Assembly: GCA_016933575.1 (NCBI GenBank) | Contig: JAFGAR010000081.1 | Location: 64,001 to 128,000, forward strand | DNA: 64,000 bases | Direction: 5' to 3' | From: Candidatus Thorarchaeota archaeon | GTDB lineage: Archaea > Asgardarchaeota > Thorarchaeia > Thorarchaeales > Thorarchaeaceae | Part shown: positions 17,908 to 28,139 of the stretch, piece after piece | How the letters are laid out: each line of letters opens with the position of its first letter | How positions within the stretch are numbered: the stretch's first letter is position 1 | The notes under the pieces: generated by a model | The model's input: only the letters and a program-made list of their open reading frames with translations | What the model was told of the DNA's origin: nothing | Databases searched by the model: none | Program-made: the position numbers and the translations under genes

Positions 17908-19854
17908 CTATACTCCTCCTCCTTTCGTATAGTTCAGAAGCCCTCCAGCCAACACTATGTTTCGCTCTCGGTCAGTTAGTTGGCAGGTAATGGGTATCTT
18001 GGTACCCTTCCGTTTATTTATGATGAAGAAATGTGGTTCCCCCGCTTCAAGGATTTTACGGATTCCTTTAACATCAAGGATGTCACTTGCATCGATTTTT
18101 TCGAATAATGTAGCATCATCCAATGTACAGGGTAAAATTCCAAAATTGATGAGATTTGCCTTATGGATTCTCGCGAAGGATTTTGCGAGAATCATCTTCA
18201 CCCCAAGGTACATTGGTGCAAGGGCTGCATGTTCTCTACTAGAACCCTGTCCATAATTATTTCCTGCAAGTATGACTCCGCCTCCTCTATCCTTTGCCCT
18301 GAGTGCAATCGATACGAATGATGGATCGACTTGTTCAAAGACATGCATGCTAATCTCCGGAAGGTTTGACCGCAATGGCAAGATCTTTGCGCCTGCTGGC
18401 ATGATGTGGTCTGTTGTGATATCATCATTGAGTTTAATGAGTACTTGGATAGACGAGAGGCTTTTTGGAAGTGGGTCCATCTTTGGTAAGGGCACAATAT
18501 TGGGTCCTCTAATAACCTCTACACTTTCTGGTTTATCTGATGGTGGAAGTATCATAGAGTCATCAATATCGATTTTCGCAGGTAGATTAATTTTTAGTGC
18601 TGCACCAAGCTTCTTTGGATCTGTTATTTCGCCGAAAATTGCTGCTGCAACTGCAACCTCTGGACTTACCAAGTAGACTTCTGCATCAGCTGTACCACTC
18701 CTTCCGCTGAAGTTTCGATTGAAAGTTCTGAGTGATACTCCTCCTGATGGTGGTGCAAATCCCATGCCGATACACGGTCCGCATGCGCTCTCTAGGATTC
18801 TTGCTCCTGCAGAGATGATATCAGCAAGTTGTCCATTTTTGGCTAGATATGATAGTACCTGACGAGAACCCGGTGAAACTCCCAATACTGTATTCGGATG
18901 TATTTTCCGCCCCTTCAATAGTCCACCTACTGCGAGCATATCTTTCAGGGAGGAATTTGTGCAAGAACCAATCGCAACTTGATCAACTTTTAATCCGATA
19001 AGTTCAGAAAGTGGTACAACATTGCCCGGAGAATGAGGTTTTGCTATAAGTGGCTCAAGTTTACTTAGATTTATCTTGATAACCTGTTCAAAGTCCTTTT
19101 CGTTTGCTTCAGGAATCTCTACCCAATCATGTTCTCTCTGTTGCATGATTAGAAACTCTTTCGTGATCTCATCAGAAGGAAAGATTGACGTCGTAGCCCC
19201 TGTTTCAGCCCCCATATTTGTTATTGTAGCCCTCTCTGGAACTGAGAGTTCTTTTATCCCCGGTCCAAAGTATTCCAGAATCTTGTCTACTCCTCCTTTG
19301 ACCCCAAGCCTTCGTAGAACTTCGAGAACAATATCCTTAGCTGAAACATATTCAGGCATTTTACCAGATAGATGTACTCCGATTATCTCTGGTGCCTTCA
19401 GGTAATAAGCTCCTCCACCCATTGCAACAGCAACATCGAGGCCTCCTGCACCAATTGCTATCATCCCTACCCCACCTGCTGTGGGTGTATGAGAGTCAGA
19501 TCCGATGAGAGTTCTCCCTGGTTTTGAAAATCGTTCTAGGAAAACCTGATGGCATATACCATTTCCCGGCCTTGAAAAATAGATGCCATATTTTGCAGCG
19601 ACTGTTTGTAGGTATCTGTGGTCATCAGGATTCCTAAAGTCCGTCTGTAGTGTATTATGATCTATAAATGATACCGACAGTTCAGTCTTGACCCTCTCTA
19701 GACCCATTGCCTCAAATTGAAGATAAGCGAGTGTCCCTGTGGCATCTTGGGTAAGTGTGCGGTCAATCTTAATTCCAATTTCATCGCCAGGGTGAAGCTC
19801 TGGATCCCCTGACATAATATGCTCAGAAAGTATCATTCTTGCTATTGAGGTCAT
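17908..19854 (-). CDS. Aconitate hydratase (short ~650 aa type)
   Basis: QDATG, DHN, GICHQV, GSDSHT, IGSCTN, CGPCIG, FNRNF, TTDHI, GSSREHA. Confidence 0.9.
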   Translation of the reverse strand: MTSIARMILSEHIMSGDPELHPGDEIGIKIDRTLTQDATGTLAYLQFEAMGLERVKTELSVSFIDHNTLQTDFRNPDDHRYLQTVAAKYGIYFSRPGNGICHQVFLERFSKPGRTLIGSDSHTPTAGGVGMIAIGAGGLDVAVAMGGGAYYLKAPEIIGVHLSGKMPEYVSAKDIVLEVLRRLGVKGGVDKILEYFGPGIKELSVPERATITNMGAETGATTSIFPSDEITKEFLIMQQREHDWVEIPEANEKDFEQVIKINLSKLEPLIAKPHSPGNVVPLSELIGLKVDQVAIGSCTNSSLKDMLAVGGLLKGRKIHPNTVLGVSPGSRQVLSYLAKNGQLADIISAGARILESACGPCIGMGFAPPSGGVSLRTFNRNFSGRSGTADAEVYLVSPEVAVAAAIFGEITDPKKLGAALKINLPAKIDIDDSMILPPSDKPESVEVIRGPNIVPLPKMDPLPKSLSSIQVLIKLNDDITTDHIMPAGAKILPLRSNLPEISMHVFEQVDPSFVSIALRAKDRGGGVILAGNNYGQGSSREHAALAPMYLGVKMILAKSFARIHKANLINFGILPCTLDDATLFEKIDASDILDVKGIRKILEAGEPHFFIINKRKGTKIPITCQLTDRERNIVLAGGLLNYTKGGGV

Positions 19855-20079
19855 TTCTTATGAGCACCTTCTTTTAGATACTCTGACTCCTCTAATGAGA
19901 ACTGGCCAAGAGAAACTACAATGACCCTCTCACGTGTTTGCCGCGCAATCTCCAGCTATAAATTCTTGTTGATGCCACCCCTTCACAAGAATGTCGAAAT
20001 TCGACACAAAATGTACGTTTTAAGACCACATCAATTACCAAGCTAGTGATTTGATGATATTTATTGTTTCTATTTTCTT

Positions 20080-20646
20080 CTAACCAAGCTTATTCTCGCC
20101 ATAAAAGAGCTGACCAAGTCTCTTCATCGCATCACGAACGCACTCTTTCTTTCCACTGACTTGAAGATGGCGATCTCCATTAAGAAAGACATTGACCCGG
20201 CAGTCTTCTGCAAGCTCTGATACAATCTCCACAGGAATATAATCTGGAAGTTTGATCCTAAAGTAGGCAGTGTCTTTATCTCGTGGAATATCTGAGATTG
20301 GCACCTTGGTATCGATATCCGTGTGAAGCAATTTTCCCTCTAATGCTAGATTGAATTTATGTTCCCACACCTTTCGAAAATCAGGTCCAACTCTCTCTTC
20401 TGCTCTGATAAGGAGTGAGTCTTTGAGAACAAGCACTTTCTGTTCTATCTCAAGTTTCAGTTGGGTGTCACCGCCTTCTCCAGCTCTGATATCATCTTCA
20501 AAGGAACTGAGATATTCTATGACCATCTTTGAGTTTCTAAGATCCGCATAAGCTAAATCTGAGAGAACGACACCGTTTCTCTCTAACTCTCCCATTAGAT
20601 CATTTAGAACCATCCAGACGGAGCGAAGATCAGCAAGCGAAGTCAT
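20080..20646 (-). CDS. DUF2096-like archaeal conserved protein
   Basis: SVWMVLNDL N-terminus and ELAEDCRV...VSGKKECVRDAMK C-terminus resemble DUF2096; follows hdrA; start ATG 20646. Confidence 0.55.
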   Translation of the reverse strand: MTSLADLRSVWMVLNDLMGELERNGVVLSDLAYADLRNSKMVIEYLSSFEDDIRAGEGGDTQLKLEIEQKVLVLKDSLLIRAEERVGPDFRKVWEHKFNLALEGKLLHTDIDTKVPISDIPRDKDTAYFRIKLPDYIPVEIVSELAEDCRVNVFLNGDRHLQVSGKKECVRDAMKRLGQLFYGENKLG

Positions 20647-20650
20647 GGAA

Positions 20651-23600
20651 TCACTCCTTGAGCATATCTTCAATCTCATCGAGCAAACTCTGTTCTCTCC
20701 ACCATCGTAGATCTCTTGCTCCAGTGGGGCAAATAGCTGCACATGCTCCACATCCTTCACATCTTAATTCATCAGTGACACTCTTTTTAACGCCAGGTTC
20801 GACCTCGACCATGCTAATCGCATCATATGGACAAATTTCAGAATAGTGGCAGAGATCACATCCAACACATAATTCTTCGTCGACTTCGGCTGTAAGCAGC
20901 TCTATCTCAACTGTTCCCAAGTTTAGCGGAATACTTGCCTCATTTGCGGCTCCTCTTGCTTGGTTTATTGAGTCTGACACATTCTTTGCATAGGTGCAAC
21001 CAAGAAAGACACCAGGAACAGTAGTCTCAACAGGACGGAATTTCATATGCATTTCAGATAGAAAACCATCCTGTCCTCTATTGATTCCCAATGCTCTAGT
21101 CAATTCACTGACGTCGTGTGGTGCTTCAAGACCCAGAGCAAGGACTACCATATCCGAGTGAATCTTGAAAGTCTCTTGAGAGAGTGTATCGTATATCGTC
21201 ACAATAGCTTCATCACCATCAGGAGACTTCTCCACAGTAATAGGTTGCTCACGCTCCCATCTAAGGTACGCAACGCCATTCTGTCTATTTTCTCTCCACA
21301 TCTCTTCCATACCGTTAGCAAATGGACGGATATGTTCCTTATACGCTGAGAATATCTTTGTTTCAGGGAATATCTCTTTCAACTCATGTTGAATCGATAT
21401 CACTGCTGAACAACACACTCTAGAACAATATCTATTGCCTTCACCAGGATTCTGACGTGATCCTACACAATGGATGAATACTGGATTCTTTGGAGCCTTC
21501 TTTAACTCGCCATTCCTAAGTTTTCTCTCCAAATCAAGTGTAGTAATAACACTTGGAACAACCCCCCAACCATATTCACCCTCTTTTGGATCGTAAGTGT
21601 CCATGCCAACAGCTATTACCATCGTACCAATTCGATGAACGGTTTGCTCGCCTGTTTTAACATCTTCAACATGGATATCATAGTTGCCATACGAACCATC
21701 ACGACCAACTACTTTCGTATTCAAAATGACCTTGATTCGTTTCTCCTTCTTTATCCGCGCGACAAGACCATCGACGATTTCTTGTGCAGAATTCATCTTG
21801 GGAAAGATATTATGTAATTCATTGAGTCGTCCTCCAAGTCTATCCTGTTTCTCAATGAGTAGAACATCAAATCCTTTTCTTGCAATATCGAGAGCTCCTG
21901 TCATTCCCGAAACTCCGCCACCCACAACCATCGAGGTTCGAGTCACCTCAACTCTCTTACGAGGCACTTCTTCATTGTTGAGTGCCTTTGCTACTCCACT
22001 TCGGATCATATCTTGCGCTTTCTCTTGCCGTACCTCTGGTGGCGCTTGGGTATGAACCAATGCAAGATGTTCTCGTAGACCTACAGGACCTACGAGATAA
22101 TATCCAGAGAGACCTGCAGCTTCCATTGCATTTCGGAATGTCTGTTCATGTTGAAGTGGCGAACATGAACCTACAACAATACGGTTGAGTTTATGTTCTT
22201 TTATCGCATTTGTAACAAATTCCTGTCCTGGATCCGAGCACATGAAGATGTAGTCTGTTGAAAATGCAACATGTGGAATGTCCTTTGCCCAGTCTGCTAG
22301 TGCCTTCGGATCAATCTCATTAGAGATGATACCTCCGCAATGGCAAATGAAGACGCCCACTCTTGGTTCATCACCCATCTCAGCAGGTGGTACTTCAGGA
22401 GGCATTTCGGGCACGGGAATTGGCAATATTGAATGAGCTGCCATTGCTGCACCCTTTCCCTCATTCACAGAATCTGTACCATCACGCGGGCCATGAGCGC
22501 ATCCCGCAACAAAGATACCAGGTCTGTTTGTTTCCAATGCTCCTGCATTTGGATCTCGTTCCTTTACCCAACCTGTTTCGTCAAGGTCAATTTTTAAAAT
22601 CTTTGCTAGATTTTCCAAGTCCTTCATTGGTCTGAAACTTGAGTTGAGAACGACCATAGATATCTTATCAAGTTCAATTATATTTCCTGTTTCTGTATCC
22701 TCCATCTTTACAAACAAGTCGTGAGTGTCGGGATCTTCTTGAATCTCAGCCACTCTACCTCTGATGAACTTGACCCCACGATTCTTTTCAGTATCCCAGA
22801 GAAACTCTTCCAATGCCTTTCCAGCAGTGCGCATGTCCATATAGGTGTAAATTATCTCGCAGTGATCTTCAGGATAATGCATCCTTGTGACCTGTGCAAG
22901 CTTCACACCAAAGGAACAACATACACGGTTACAATGATTGCTATAACCCTGTATATTCTCACGTACATCTCTGCTGCCTACGCAATTGACAAAGAGTACC
23001 TTACTTGGTTCTCTTCCATCCGAAGGTCTTACCATGTGGGCGTCCGTCGGTCCAGTAGGGTGCGTTTGTCTGTCATATTCAAGCGATGTGACAACATTTG
23101 GAAATACACCATACCCGTATTCTCCATAGTCAAATGGTTTGTATTCTTCAAAACCTGTCGCAACAATAATCGAACCAACATTAAGCGTGTATACCTTGTC
23201 TTCATCAGTGTAATCAATGCACCCCTGAGGACAAATGGCAGCACAAGTTCCACAGCCTATGCAGACATCTCTATCAATGGTGGCTACTAGTGGGATCTGT
23301 TGTGCAAAGTTGAAGTAAATTGCTTTTCTGAGAGACAACCCAAAGTCATATTCGTTTGGAACCTCTATTGGACACGATTTTACACAGAGGCCACAGCCAG
23401 TGCATTTATTCTCATCAACATACCTTGCTTTCTTTCGGATAGTGACTGTGAAGTTACCTGCTTCACCTTCTACCTTCTCCACTGTAGATAATGCATGTAT
23501 TGTGATATTCTGATGTTTTCCAACAAAGGAAGTAAGTGGTGTCATGACGCATGCAGAACACTCTAAGGCGGGGAAGATCTTGTAGATGGCAACATAGTTA

Positions 23601-23755
23601 CCTCCAATATTTACCGTCTTCTCAATCATGTGAGCATGATGTCCACCATTTGCCAATCCAAGGGCGGCATTGATACCGGCCATTCCACCACCGATTATCA
23701 AAACATCCGTGGGTTTAGCACTATTATCCGATTTTTTGGCTGCCTCGCTGACCAT
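20651..23755 (-). CDS. hdrA: HdrA-like tandem/permuted flavoprotein (two FAD modules plus ferredoxin domains)
   Basis: Two GGGxxG FAD motifs, two CVGSR...CxRVCC motifs, internal RVGVFICHCG domain, two 2[4Fe-4S] domains. Confidence 0.88.
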   Translation of the reverse strand: MVSEAAKKSDNSAKPTDVLIIGGGMAGINAALGLANGGHHAHMIEKTVNIGGNYVAIYKIFPALECSACVMTPLTSFVGKHQNITIHALSTVEKVEGEAGNFTVTIRKKARYVDENKCTGCGLCVKSCPIEVPNEYDFGLSLRKAIYFNFAQQIPLVATIDRDVCIGCGTCAAICPQGCIDYTDEDKVYTLNVGSIIVATGFEEYKPFDYGEYGYGVFPNVVTSLEYDRQTHPTGPTDAHMVRPSDGREPSKVLFVNCVGSRDVRENIQGYSNHCNRVCCSFGVKLAQVTRMHYPEDHCEIIYTYMDMRTAGKALEEFLWDTEKNRGVKFIRGRVAEIQEDPDTHDLFVKMEDTETGNIIELDKISMVVLNSSFRPMKDLENLAKILKIDLDETGWVKERDPNAGALETNRPGIFVAGCAHGPRDGTDSVNEGKGAAMAAHSILPIPVPEMPPEVPPAEMGDEPRVGVFICHCGGIISNEIDPKALADWAKDIPHVAFSTDYIFMCSDPGQEFVTNAIKEHKLNRIVVGSCSPLQHEQTFRNAMEAAGLSGYYLVGPVGLREHLALVHTQAPPEVRQEKAQDMIRSGVAKALNNEEVPRKRVEVTRTSMVVGGGVSGMTGALDIARKGFDVLLIEKQDRLGGRLNELHNIFPKMNSAQEIVDGLVARIKKEKRIKVILNTKVVGRDGSYGNYDIHVEDVKTGEQTVHRIGTMVIAVGMDTYDPKEGEYGWGVVPSVITTLDLERKLRNGELKKAPKNPVFIHCVGSRQNPGEGNRYCSRVCCSAVISIQHELKEIFPETKIFSAYKEHIRPFANGMEEMWRENRQNGVAYLRWEREQPITVEKSPDGDEAIVTIYDTLSQETFKIHSDMVVLALGLEAPHDVSELTRALGINRGQDGFLSEMHMKFRPVETTVPGVFLGCTYAKNVSDSINQARGAANEASIPLNLGTVEIELLTAEVDEELCVGCDLCHYSEICPYDAISMVEVEPGVKKSVTDELRCEGCGACAAICPTGARDLRWWREQSLLDEIEDMLKE

Positions 23756-23920
23756 AGGAACAGACTCCGTTGTCAGGTAGTAACGACGGCATCAACAGAG
23801 GGGGTGATATAATCTTTCTGTCGTGACCTTTACTACAATATCTATTCCCGAAAATTCGGTTGTGCACTCACACAGAATCGCTTATCAGTAATGAATTGAG
23901 CATGATCTTTGAGGACTGTA

Positions 23921-23940
23921 ATTAGAACACGTGTTCTAAT
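23921..23940. promoter_or_regulatory. Perfect 20-bp palindrome, candidate operator
   Basis: ATTAGAACAC|GTGTTCTAAT in the hdrA/hydB divergent intergenic region. Confidence 0.65.
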
Positions 23941-24023
23941 GATACGTCCACATCTTTCATTTTATTAATAACCCACGATGGTACATCCTTGTCGACCGTA
24001 ATTACTGCGAGGTGTATCCCGAT

Positions 24024-25055
24024 TTGAGATATGTAAAAATCTCCACTCAAAATACGTATGAATTCCTTGAGCGATTAAAAAAAATTGGAGTTCTTTACGC
24101 CCCACATAAGATATCGGACAAGTTCTATGATTTTTGTGAAGTAGAAGATGTGAATAATGTTGTCTTTAATTATCACCGAACTATCCGTCCTCCGCGACAT
24201 TTCTTCTATCCTGAGCGCGAGGTTCTTTTTGCATTTGATACAAGAAAGGTAGAGTTGTATGAAAACACTCCTTCTAAAAGAAAGCAAATCCTATTTGGAG
24301 TACATTCATGTGATATAGTAGCCTTGAGAACCATGGACTCTAAATTTCTTGACGACCAACCAGATCCATACTATAAGACACGACGAGAGAATGGAATTAT
24401 AATCGGGCTGTCTTGTCTTCCTGATGAATATTGCTTCTGTAATGTACGACGTGTTGAGTTTGTTGATGCTGGTTTTGATTTATTCTTCCATGAACTGCCT
24501 GATGGCTTCCTTGTTCGTGTGGGTACGGTCGTGGGACACAAACTCGTTGATCCATATGAAAAGGAACTCTTCCAAGAGGTTACACCAGCTGATGTCGAAT
24601 ATATGTCAAGTTTTGAAGAGAAGCGGTCTTCCATGTTTACTGTCAAGGGGAATTGGGACAATCTTCGATATTTCATGGAGCTTCGTTTAGATCATCCCAT
24701 GTACATGCGGGAGAGCGAGAAATGTCTGGGATGTGGAAATTGCACATTGACATGTCCTTCCTGTAAGTGCTATGATGTTCAAGATATTCCGAGCATTGAT
24801 GGTAGGACTGGTGAACGTGTTCGTTTCTGGGACTCGTGTCAATTTCGTTCTCATGGGTTAGTGGCTGGAGATCATAATTTCCGTGAAACTAAGAAAGACC
24901 GGTTCATTAATCGTTACCACTGTAAGAATTCGTACTGTACAGCAACTACTACTTCCTATTGCGTAGGGTGTGGCCGCTGTACCTATTTCTGCCCTGCAGA
25001 GATTCAATTCAAGAAGAATTTGATGGAAATCGCAGGATATCACGGAGGTGCATAG
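24024..25055 (+). CDS. hydB: Group 3b sulfhydrogenase beta subunit
   Basis: LRYVK...[11 protein letters not shown]-terminus as in Thermococcales HydB; [24 protein letters not shown]; start TTG 24024. Confidence 0.88.
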   Translation: MRYVKISTQNTYEFLERLKKIGVLYAPHKISDKFYDFCEVEDVNNVVFNYHRTIRPPRHFFYPEREVLFAFDTRKVELYENTPSKRKQILFGVHSCDIVALRTMDSKFLDDQPDPYYKTRRENGIIIGLSCLPDEYCFCNVRRVEFVDAGFDLFFHELPDGFLVRVGTVVGHKLVDPYEKELFQEVTPADVEYMSSFEEKRSSMFTVKGNWDNLRYFMELRLDHPMYMRESEKCLGCGNCTLTCPSCKCYDVQDIPSIDGRTGERVRFWDSCQFRSHGLVAGDHNFRETKKDRFINRYHCKNSYCTATTTSYCVGCGRCTYFCPAEIQFKKNLMEIAGYHGGA

Positions 25056-25057
25056 CG

Positions 25058-25933
25058 ATGGCAGTTCCTGTAGCAAGAGATGAGGGTAAGGACAATATCT
25101 ATGATACTGCAAAATGTCGTCTTCTGCGAAAATACAATCTTTCAGAAAATGACAAGTTGTTTCTCTTTCGATTTGAAGATCCAGAGATTGCAATGAATTG
25201 GCGTTTCAAACCTGGTCAATTCGTTGAAGTTTCATTACTTGGTCTCGGAGAAGTGCCTATCTCAATTAGTTCGTCAGCTCGTAGAATGGGCTTCTTTGAA
25301 TTATGTATCAGGAATGCTGGTCGTGTCACATCTCAGATACATAAACTTGAACCAGGTGCATTAGTTGGCATTCGTGGGCCGTATGGTAACGGGTTTCCAA
25401 TGGAGCAATTTCACAACCGAGACCTACTTCTTGTTGCAGCAGGTCTGGGAATGGCTCCACTTCGCTCAGTCTTTCTTTATGCACTCGATAATAGATGGTT
25501 ATTTGGTAACATCACAATCATCAACAGTGCGAAATTTGGAAACGAGCTTCTCTTCAAAAGAGAACTTGAAGCAATGAAAGATATCGCAACTGCTGAAAAT
25601 ATCTCTATAGTCCAGACAGCAACACGCGACCCTGATTTCAAAGGTCTCCAGGGTCGGGCTACTGCACACTTTGACAAGGTCAATGTGAATCCGAAAAACT
25701 GTGCAGTTGCAATGTGTGGTCCTCCAGCTATGTACAAGGGTATGTTTGAAGAGCTCATTGCTAGGGGGTACGATCCACGATACATCTTCGTGACCTTGGA
25801 GCGACGTATGAAATGCGGTGTTGGAAAATGTGGACATTGTAATATCGGTACAGCTACAAGCTGGAAGTATGCTTGCAAGGACGGTCCTGTCTTTGATTAC
25901 TATGCAATCACAAGTATTCCGGGGTTGATTTAA
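25058..25933 (+). CDS. hydG: Group 3b sulfhydrogenase gamma subunit (FAD/NAD(P), 2Fe-2S)
   Basis: FKPGQF, IRGPYGNGF, GLGMAPLRS, CGPPAM, ERRMKCGVGKCGHC, CKDGPVF. Confidence 0.9.
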   Translation: MAVPVARDEGKDNIYDTAKCRLLRKYNLSENDKLFLFRFEDPEIAMNWRFKPGQFVEVSLLGLGEVPISISSSARRMGFFELCIRNAGRVTSQIHKLEPGALVGIRGPYGNGFPMEQFHNRDLLLVAAGLGMAPLRSVFLYALDNRWLFGNITIINSAKFGNELLFKRELEAMKDIATAENISIVQTATRDPDFKGLQGRATAHFDKVNVNPKNCAVAMCGPPAMYKGMFEELIARGYDPRYIFVTLERRMKCGVGKCGHCNIGTATSWKYACKDGPVFDYYAITSIPGLI

Positions 25934-25934
25934 G

Positions 25935-26750
25935 ATGACAATAATCGAAGGATGTGATGGCGAGTGCAGACCACGTGTTGGGGTATATGCATTAACATCT
26001 TGCTACGGTTGCCAACTGAAGCTTGCCACGGTACAGAAGATACTCGAGATTGCCAATGCAGTGACGTTTGAGAGTTTCTACATGCTATCAAGCGCAAGTA
26101 AGATGCCTGCAGATGTTGATGTAGCCTTTGTTGAGGGATCGGTTTCAACTGAGAAAGACTTGGAAGAACTTCTTGAGATACGGAAACATTCTCGGATTCT
26201 TGTGGCATTGGGAGCCTGTTCCGTTAATGGTGGAGTCCAGAGCTGGGCAGAAGGTGAACTGGATTATGAGGAACTCTATTCCAAAGTCTATGGTGAATCA
26301 AAGATTGATATGAAAGGTCTTCAAGCAACACCCATATCGAAACACGTTGAAGTGGATTATTATCTTCCTGGCTGTCCCCCAGAAGAAGATGAGATATTGT
26401 ATTTCATATCTGCCTTTCTCTTTGGAACATTTCCTGAACCCAAGGACTATCCTGTATGCTCTGAATGCAGATTGGCTGGTAATCCCTGCATTCTCATTGA
26501 ACGCGGGGAACCGTGTCTAGGACCCGTGACTACTGCTGGTTGCAAGGCTCGGTGTATCTCCTTCAATGTACCATGTATTGGTTGTCGGGGTCCAGTTCCT
26601 CATGATACCGCTTGGTTCGACTCGTTAGCATTGACATTCAAGAACAAAGGTCTCTCAGAAGAAATAGTACGTCATCGATTCAGGATTTTTGGTGCTCACA
26701 ACCCGAATCTTGAACCGATGCTGAAGAAGATTTACGGAGGGAATAAGTAA
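25935..26750 (+). CDS. hydD: Group 3b hydrogenase small (delta) subunit
   Basis: LTSCYGCQ, VEGSV, LGACSVNGG, PGCPP, CLGPVT, CIGCRG. Confidence 0.9.
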   Translation: MTIIEGCDGECRPRVGVYALTSCYGCQLKLATVQKILEIANAVTFESFYMLSSASKMPADVDVAFVEGSVSTEKDLEELLEIRKHSRILVALGACSVNGGVQSWAEGELDYEELYSKVYGESKIDMKGLQATPISKHVEVDYYLPGCPPEEDEILYFISAFLFGTFPEPKDYPVCSECRLAGNPCILIERGEPCLGPVTTAGCKARCISFNVPCIGCRGPVPHDTAWFDSLALTFKNKGLSEEIVRHRFRIFGAHNPNLEPMLKKIYGGNK

Positions 26751-28093
26751 TGACAGAGAACCCAAAAAGCAAGTCTTCTAAGAAGATTATTCGGCCTATC
26801 AGTGTAGATCATATCGCACGCATCGAAGGTAAAGCTGGCATCGAGATTAGACACGATGGAAAAAATGTGCAAGTATCGCAGGTCAATATCTTCGAGGGTC
26901 CTCGGTATTTCGAAGCCATTACATTAGGCAAACCTATTGAAGAAGCTACAGCTGTATTTCCAAGAGTATGTTCATTCTGTGCAGCTGCTCACAAGATTAC
27001 GGGACTTCAAGCAGCTGAGAAGGCAATTGGACTCCATCCAACCAAACAGACAGTAAAACTTCGAGAACTCCTCTATATTGGCGACTACATTGAGAGTCAC
27101 GCTCTGCATCTCTTCCTACTTGCACTTCCTGACTTCTTAGGATATCCTGATGCATTCTCCATGTCGAAAGACCATCCCACAATTCTTGCAGCAGGAATGG
27201 CACTCAAAGACATCGGTGCGGATATTCAGACTGTGATCGGTTCAAGATATATCCATCAAGAAAATGTCATGCTTGGCGGTTTTGGGAAGTTGCCCACAAA
27301 GAAGAAGTTGGTGTCCCTTGGGCAACGACTTAGAGGTCTTCAAAATGAAGCAGAACAAGCTCTTGAAACTCTAGTGAGTTATCGTAACTGGCCTGAAGTT
27401 GATGCCTCACGGATTCATCTCGCACTAGAGCCCTATGATGGGACATATACAATGTTAGGCGATGTTGTGCATGCATCTGACAACTCAAAATTCAAGGTAG
27501 ATGCGTACAAGATGCGTCTCCGAGAGAGTATTGTAAGCCATTCCTTCGCGAAACATAGTCACTACAATGAACAACCCTTCATGACCGGGTCTTTATCCAG
27601 ATATCATCTCTTTGGTGGCGGGATGACTGGTCGCGCAAAGGAGCTCGCAGAGATGTATGTTGAGTTTCTTGATCCAAATAATCCCATGTCCAATAATTTT
27701 GCACAAGCTGTTGAGATCATTTACTTTGTTCAACGTGCTGAGAGTATTATCAGTGATATTGCATCAGCTCTCAAACCAAATGAAAAGAGAATCAAGCCTC
27801 AAATTACTAAGGCTGGTACTGGTGTTTCAATGACAGAAGCGCCAAGAGGGTTACTCGCTTATACTATCAGTGTTGATAAGAATGGAAAGGTGAAGAGTGT
27901 TGATATTATTACTCCCACAGCCATGTTTCTCCCAATCCTAGAAAATGATTTACGAAGGATGTCAGAAGGTCTATTGAAACAAGGAGTCAAGGATGCGAAA
28001 GTCATTGGACCAAAACTGGAAACAGTTGTTCGATCTTATGATCCCTGCGTATCCTGTAGTGTCCATGTCACAGAAGTAACAGACCGTAAATGA
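26750..28093 (+). CDS. hydA: Group 3b [NiFe]-hydrogenase large (alpha) subunit
   Basis: ARIEGK, RVCSFC (L1), EAPRG, DPCVSCSVH (L2) plus a short cleavable tail. Confidence 0.93.
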   Translation: MTENPKSKSSKKIIRPISVDHIARIEGKAGIEIRHDGKNVQVSQVNIFEGPRYFEAITLGKPIEEATAVFPRVCSFCAAAHKITGLQAAEKAIGLHPTKQTVKLRELLYIGDYIESHALHLFLLALPDFLGYPDAFSMSKDHPTILAAGMALKDIGADIQTVIGSRYIHQENVMLGGFGKLPTKKKLVSLGQRLRGLQNEAEQALETLVSYRNWPEVDASRIHLALEPYDGTYTMLGDVVHASDNSKFKVDAYKMRLRESIVSHSFAKHSHYNEQPFMTGSLSRYHLFGGGMTGRAKELAEMYVEFLDPNNPMSNNFAQAVEIIYFVQRAESIISDIASALKPNEKRIKPQITKAGTGVSMTEAPRGLLAYTISVDKNGKVKSVDIITPTAMFLPILENDLRRMSEGLLKQGVKDAKVIGPKLETVVRSYDPCVSCSVHVTEVTDRK

Positions 28094-28098
28094 TAGAG

Positions 28099-28128
28099 TT
28101 CTGAAAGGAGTGATTCCTCCTTTCAGAA
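28099..28128. terminator. Perfect 12-bp stem hairpin between convergent genes
   Basis: TTCTGAAAGGAG-tgattc-CTCCTTTCAGAA. Confidence 0.7.
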
Positions 28129-28139
28129 ATTTCTATCTC

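Noticed and set aside
23925-23936. GAAC-N4-GTTC resembles the Gram-positive LexA box
   Set aside because: Archaeal context and the flanking genes are not repair genes; kept only as an unassigned operator
10138-28093. Selenocysteine recoding/SECIS in Hdr or hydrogenase genes (known in some Asgard archaea)
   Set aside because: All of these ORFs are full length with Cys at the relevant motifs, have no in-frame TGA and show no convincing SECIS
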